Shown here: positions 60,162 to 64,000 of the stretch, piece after piece
Layout of the letters: every line of letters starts with the position of its first letter
How positions within the stretch are numbered: the first letter of the stretch is position 1
DNA from: an uncultured delta proteobacterium
Lineage (GTDB): Bacteria; Desulfobacterota; Binatia; UBA9968
Direction: 5' to 3'
NCBI GenBank assembly: GCA_963760795.1
Contig: CAVXEP010000029.1
Location: 96,001-160,000, forward strand
DNA length: 64,000 nt
Program-made: the position numbers and the translations under genes
The notes under the pieces: model-generated
Seen by the model: the letters and a program-made list of their open reading frames with translations, nothing else
Told to the model about the DNA's origin: nothing
The model's database searches: none

Positions 60162-61273
60162 TTGAACCGCAGCGGCAGCGCAAAATAGGCAGCAGTCCAT
60201 GGCCACGCTACGAAGAGGCGGCGCTGGGGTTTCGCGACTATTGGTACCCCGCGCTCCTGTCGCATCATTTGCGTCGCCGGCCGGTGGCGCTGCAAATTCT
60301 TGGCGAGCCTGTGCTGTTCACGCGCTACCAGGGAAAATGTTTTGCCCTAGAGGACCGCTGCGCCCACCGCGGCATCCCGCTTTCCCAGGGCCGCTGCGAA
60401 TTCCCCGGCACCAACACGATTACTTGCCGCTATCATGGCTGGACGTATAACGCCGCCGATGGCGTATGTGTGGCAGCACTGACCGATGGGCCGGATTCAC
60501 CCATCGTCGGCAAAGCGAAGGTAAAGACTTATCCATTGGCGGAGCGCAAAGGTTTGATCTGGATTTATATCGGTGACGGTGCGCCGCCACCGTTGGAGAA
60601 TGATGTTGCCCCTGAGATCTTGCGCGACGACGCGGTGTTGGGCGTGCGCGTGACCGAGCGAACCGGTAACTGGCGATTGGCGGCGGAAAACGGCTTGGAT
60701 CCATCCCACGCCGCCTACCTGCATCGAAATTCCTGGCTTACCTTGTTGCGAAAATTTCCCGCCGCAAAAACCAACGTCGCGGCGCAGATTGTCGATCAGT
60801 GGGTCGGATACACCCAGAATGCGCCGCTCATGGAAGCGAGCTATCCGGGCTTAGGGGTTTGGCCCAATGGCGAGTGGTGGAAATGGCCGCGTAAAGGTTC
60901 GCCGACAAAGACTCAGTTGCGGTTGCCCGGCTACTTGCGCGTGAACCCCTTTCCAGCGCCTGACATTGTTCATTTTGAGTGGTATGTCCCTGTAGACGAG
61001 AGGCACCACCGTTATTTTCAATTTTCCGTCATGTGGGCATCGGGTTTTCAGGCATGGCGGTTTCGTCTGGCCTACTGGCTATGGTGGCGTTGGCTAGCCC
61101 ATGGCCAATTCAACGGCCAGGACGCTCGAATGGTCAAATTGATGGAGCCGTTCTATGCCGAAGAAGGTGGCTGGGAGCGCGAAAGGTTGTATCGCCCCGA
61201 TGTCGGGCTCACCGCGTGGCGCAAACATTGTCACGAGCAAGCTCGCGCTGTGCAGAGTCGCTGCTATAGATGA
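60158..61273 (+). CDS. Rieske oxygenase alpha subunit, carbazole 1,9a-dioxygenase (CarAa) / 2-oxoquinoline 8-monooxygenase (OxoO)-like
   Basis: W..Y..A.LGFR.YWYP, DRCAHRG, TITC.YHGW, KTYP..E.KG.IWIY.GDG.PPPL..D, NWRLA.ENG.DPSH...H, FEWYVPVDE and FN.QD. Confidence 0.87.
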   Translation: MIEPQRQRKIGSSPWPRYEEAALGFRDYWYPALLSHHLRRRPVALQILGEPVLFTRYQGKCFALEDRCAHRGIPLSQGRCEFPGTNTITCRYHGWTYNAADGVCVAALTDGPDSPIVGKAKVKTYPLAERKGLIWIYIGDGAPPPLENDVAPEILRDDAVLGVRVTERTGNWRLAAENGLDPSHAAYLHRNSWLTLLRKFPAAKTNVAAQIVDQWVGYTQNAPLMEASYPGLGVWPNGEWWKWPRKGSPTKTQLRLPGYLRVNPFPAPDIVHFEWYVPVDERHHRYFQFSVMWASGFQAWRFRLAYWLWWRWLAHGQFNGQDARMVKLMEPFYAEEGGWERERLYRPDVGLTAWRKHCHEQARAVQSRCYR

Positions 61274-61367
61274 GCGCTGCGCCAAATCGTCGTAGTTCTG
61301 ATATGGATTTGAATCTCATGATTTTCGTTGGCCAGGATCAAAACCCCGGCAGACAAGGCGAATTGCG

Positions 61368-62294
61368 ATGTTGGGACTAGGATTAGCGGTATCCCATGCT
61401 CCGTCAATGTTTCGCAGCCTGGAGCATTGGCCGAAGATTCATCGTGTGCTGACGGCGGGCGTGCCACAGCCGCCAGAGTTGGCTGACGAAACCACGGCGC
61501 TGCTGCAAAGCTATCTCGTTCGAATCGACAACGGCTTCGAGGTTCTCAGAATGCAGCTCGCGGCATTCAAGCCGGACGTTTTGTTGGTCATCGGCGATGA
61601 CCAGGGCGAAGTTTTTACCGCAGCGAACATGCCGTCGTTTTGTCTGTTCACCTGCGCCGAGGTCCATGGCTCCCTCAACATCGGTCTGATCGGTGAGCCT
61701 GAAGAAGAGAATCATGTCACGCTACGCTGCGCTAGTGATTTGGCAAACCATTTACTAACGGAACTGAACCGGCAGGGATTCGGGGTTTCGGAAAGCCGGG
61801 AACTCAAACCGCTGGGCCGGCCCAAGCGCGGTCTTGGTCATGCTTTTACGCGGCCGACGGTTAAGGTTATCCCCGAGCTAAACGTTCCCATTGTTGCTTG
61901 TCATGTGAACTGCTATTTCCCACCGATGCCGTCGGCGCGCCAGTGTTACGAACTCGGCCAGGCGATCGCTGGCGCACTCAAAGATCGGCCGGAACGAGTG
62001 GCGATCATGGCTTCCGGTGGACTCTCCCATGATCCGCGTGGGCCGCGCGCCGGTTGGATCGACGCGCCGTTGGATCGTTGGGTGCTCGAACAATTGCGCG
62101 CCGGCAACGGTGCAGCGTTATGTCACCTGTTTGAATTCGATTCGGACACGCTCCGAAGCGGTACCGGTGAAATCAGGAGTTGGATCGTCGTCGCCGGCGC
62201 ATGCAATGGCGCCAGCGCCGAGATTGTCGATTATATTCCAGCGCATCATGCCGTGACCGGCTTGGGATTCGCATATTTTGATCTGTCGAGGTAG
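61368..62294 (+). CDS. Class III extradiol ring-cleavage dioxygenase
   Basis: AVSHAP, IGDDQ.E.F, GHAF, ASGGLSH and G..EIRSWI. Confidence 0.87.
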   Translation: MLGLGLAVSHAPSMFRSLEHWPKIHRVLTAGVPQPPELADETTALLQSYLVRIDNGFEVLRMQLAAFKPDVLLVIGDDQGEVFTAANMPSFCLFTCAEVHGSLNIGLIGEPEEENHVTLRCASDLANHLLTELNRQGFGVSESRELKPLGRPKRGLGHAFTRPTVKVIPELNVPIVACHVNCYFPPMPSARQCYELGQAIAGALKDRPERVAIMASGGLSHDPRGPRAGWIDAPLDRWVLEQLRAGNGAALCHLFEFDSDTLRSGTGEIRSWIVVAGACNGASAEIVDYIPAHHAVTGLGFAYFDLSR

Positions 62295-62327
62295 GAAGAC
62301 GGTGTATCCAACTGAAAGGAACCGCTC

Positions 62328-62912
62328 GTGAGCCCAGCAGCGGAAGAGAATTCTTCTCCAACGGATGTGACAAAAACCGGCAAGGCTGGAGTGCGCTACC
62401 GTGAGGAGGCGCTCGAGGCTTTTTACGACGGTTTCAAAGCGGCGGGAATCGACTTCGCGGCGTATCTGCCCGACAGCATGCTCGACGGCATTGAGCAACT
62501 AATGATCGAGCGCGGCGGTATTGAATGCTATCAGTGCTCGCGCGAGGATGAAGGCATCGCCATGGCGATGGGCGCATTTTTGGTCGGCAAACGGTCGGTG
62601 GCGCTCATGGAAGGGTCCGGCATCGGCATGTCAGGCTTGATTCTCGCCCGCGGGATTGTGCAGAAAACTCCGACGATGCTGGTCATCGGCCACAACAGCA
62701 CTCTCGGTGAGCGTTTCGATTATCATGGCGCGACTCGATTGGTGGCGGAACCTGTGTTGCGCGCCCTCGACATTCCCTATCATGTGCTCTTTGACCCCGC
62801 CGACATCCGCAAGGTGATCGTCGAGGCCCAAGGAACCATCGAAGGGCAACGCATTCCGGTCGGCATTTTGGTGCCGAGCCATGTCATTCGCGAAAGCGGA
62901 GTCAGCCGATGA
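62328..62912 (+). CDS. ThDP-dependent decarboxylase alpha subunit (ComD/phosphonopyruvate decarboxylase N-half-like)
   Basis: YLPDS.L, REDEGIA.A.GA.L.GK..V.LM..SG.G. Confidence 0.8.
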   Translation: MSPAAEENSSPTDVTKTGKAGVRYREEALEAFYDGFKAAGIDFAAYLPDSMLDGIEQLMIERGGIECYQCSREDEGIAMAMGAFLVGKRSVALMEGSGIGMSGLILARGIVQKTPTMLVIGHNSTLGERFDYHGATRLVAEPVLRALDIPYHVLFDPADIRKVIVEAQGTIEGQRIPVGILVPSHVIRESGVSR

Positions 62913-63502
62913 AGCGGACCGATGTCCTGCAACACATCGCTGCACTGCGCAACGGCGATCCGATGATCATCAGCCCCGGTTTGGCGAACTACCCGGTCGC
63001 CCAAGCGAAGGATGAACCGCTGACTATTTATAACATGGACATGCCCTACACTACGCCCATGGCTCTGGGCATGGCCCTGGGTTGGCCGGAGCGCAAAGTG
63101 ATCTCCATCGAGGGCGATGGATCGATGCTCGCGGGACCCGGCGTGTTGTCGACGATCGCTCGTTACCGGCCCAAGAACCTGCTGATGTTTATTTTCGACA
63201 ACGGCGCGTACTTGACCACGGGCTCGGGTAAAGCTCCGACGGCAACGGTGTTCGGTACCGACATCGAACAGTTGGCACGGGCGGCGGGCATGGAAAATTG
63301 CCGAACTGTGAGCGAGCTGGACGCGGCGAAGCTCGCGGTCAACGCAGCCTTTGCGAAACCAGGCCCATGGTTGGTCGTCGCCAAAGTCGACAAGCAGGAC
63401 CGTCCGGTGGAGCGGGGGCAACATGCGTTGCCTATGTATGTTTACGAGGCGGGTCTGGTCTTTCATCGCACCGCGTTGCAAGCAAGGTCGGCTACGACGT
63501 AA
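62909..63502 (+). CDS. ThDP-dependent decarboxylase beta subunit (ComE-like)
   Basis: ALG.ALG.P, GDGS.L...DNG.Y..TG ThDP-binding motif; ATGA overlap with the alpha subunit. Confidence 0.82.
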   Translation: MKRTDVLQHIAALRNGDPMIISPGLANYPVAQAKDEPLTIYNMDMPYTTPMALGMALGWPERKVISIEGDGSMLAGPGVLSTIARYRPKNLLMFIFDNGAYLTTGSGKAPTATVFGTDIEQLARAAGMENCRTVSELDAAKLAVNAAFAKPGPWLVVAKVDKQDRPVERGQHALPMYVYEAGLVFHRTALQARSATT

Positions 63503-63532
63503 CCAGAAGTTTCAGCGAAAGGGGATTACCAG

Positions 63533-64000
63533 ATGTTCCAGTCCAGCATTCGTCGCATCATTCTGTCGGCGGTGATGATGTCGATCGGCGCCGCGCCGGC
63601 CGAAAGCCAAGAGTGGAAAACCAAGTGGGATAAAGTCCTGGCGGAGGCCAAGAAAGAGGGTAAGGTCGCGGTCGCTGGACCTCCGGGGAGCGCCTATCGC
63701 GAGGTGATGCGCGGCTTTGAAAAAAAATATCCGGAAATCACGCTGGAGTTTCAAAGTTTTACGCCGACTAACTTCACCGCGCGCTTCGCCAAAGAACGTC
63801 AAGCGGGACAATTTCTTTGGGATCTCTATGTAACCGGGCCCACCGGATTCGATATCGCCGCGAAGAAGGCGGGAGATCTGGACCCGATCCGGCCACTGTT
63901 TATTCTTCCCGAAGTGCTCGACGAAAAAGTCTGGTTCGGCGGCTTCGACAAAGCGTTCTTGGATTCCGAAAAAAAATACATCTTCGCATTCCAAGCGCAA
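63533..64000 (+). CDS. ABC transporter solute-binding protein (partial, runs off the window)
   Basis: Own translation MFQSSIRRIILSAVMMSIGAAPAESQEWKTKWDKVLAEAKKEGKVAVAGPPG...; not in the ORF track. Confidence 0.85.
   Translation, partial: MFQSSIRRIILSAVMMSIGAAPAESQEWKTKWDKVLAEAKKEGKVAVAGPPGSAYREVMRGFEKKYPEITLEFQSFTPTNFTARFAKERQAGQFLWDLYVTGPTGFDIAAKKAGDLDPIRPLFILPEVLDEKVWFGGFDKAFLDSEKKYIFAFQAQ

Noticed and set aside
63512-64000. Minus-strand 162-aa ORF from the track
   Set aside because: Shadow of the plus-strand SBP starting at 63533.

Overview
Bacterial chromosomal window; gene content and the expanded solute-binding-protein family suggest a deltaproteobacterium-like organism such as Ca. 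Binatota (inference). It has three parts. (1) 1-14 kb, housekeeping genes: HD phosphohydrolase, a divergent archease, larB, thiL, lon, dnaJ (1-nt frameshift), dnaK, grpE, recO and ppdK. (2) 14-26.5 kb, a type IV pilus locus: pilB, pilC (no pilT), one ORF fusing a PilS-like membrane/PAS sensor directly to a PilR-like sigma54 AAA+/Fis output with no kinase or receiver domain, a sigma54 promoter, a Geobacter-like pilA, a YfhO-type GT-C protein and a decayed GT39 gene, followed by an IS element and a HEPN gene. (3) 26.7-64 kb, a large aromatic/heteroaromatic catabolic region around tRNA-Thr(CGT) and an integrase remnant: four Rieske oxygenase alpha subunits (two phthalate-4,5-dioxygenase-like, two CarAa/OxoO-like), a three-subunit molybdenum hydroxylase, a UbiD with a rearranged catalytic triad, two class III extradiol dioxygenases, four alpha/beta hydrolases, the mhpD/F/E lower pathway, an M20-fold protein lacking its metal ligands, a ComD/ComE-like ThDP pair and many solute-binding proteins. 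No Rieske reductase, ferredoxin, UbiX or regulator is visible in this region. Best candidates for new biology: the kinase-free PilS-PilR fusion and the catabolic pathway with its non-canonical enzymes. All annotations come from motif recognition by eye; no searches were run.
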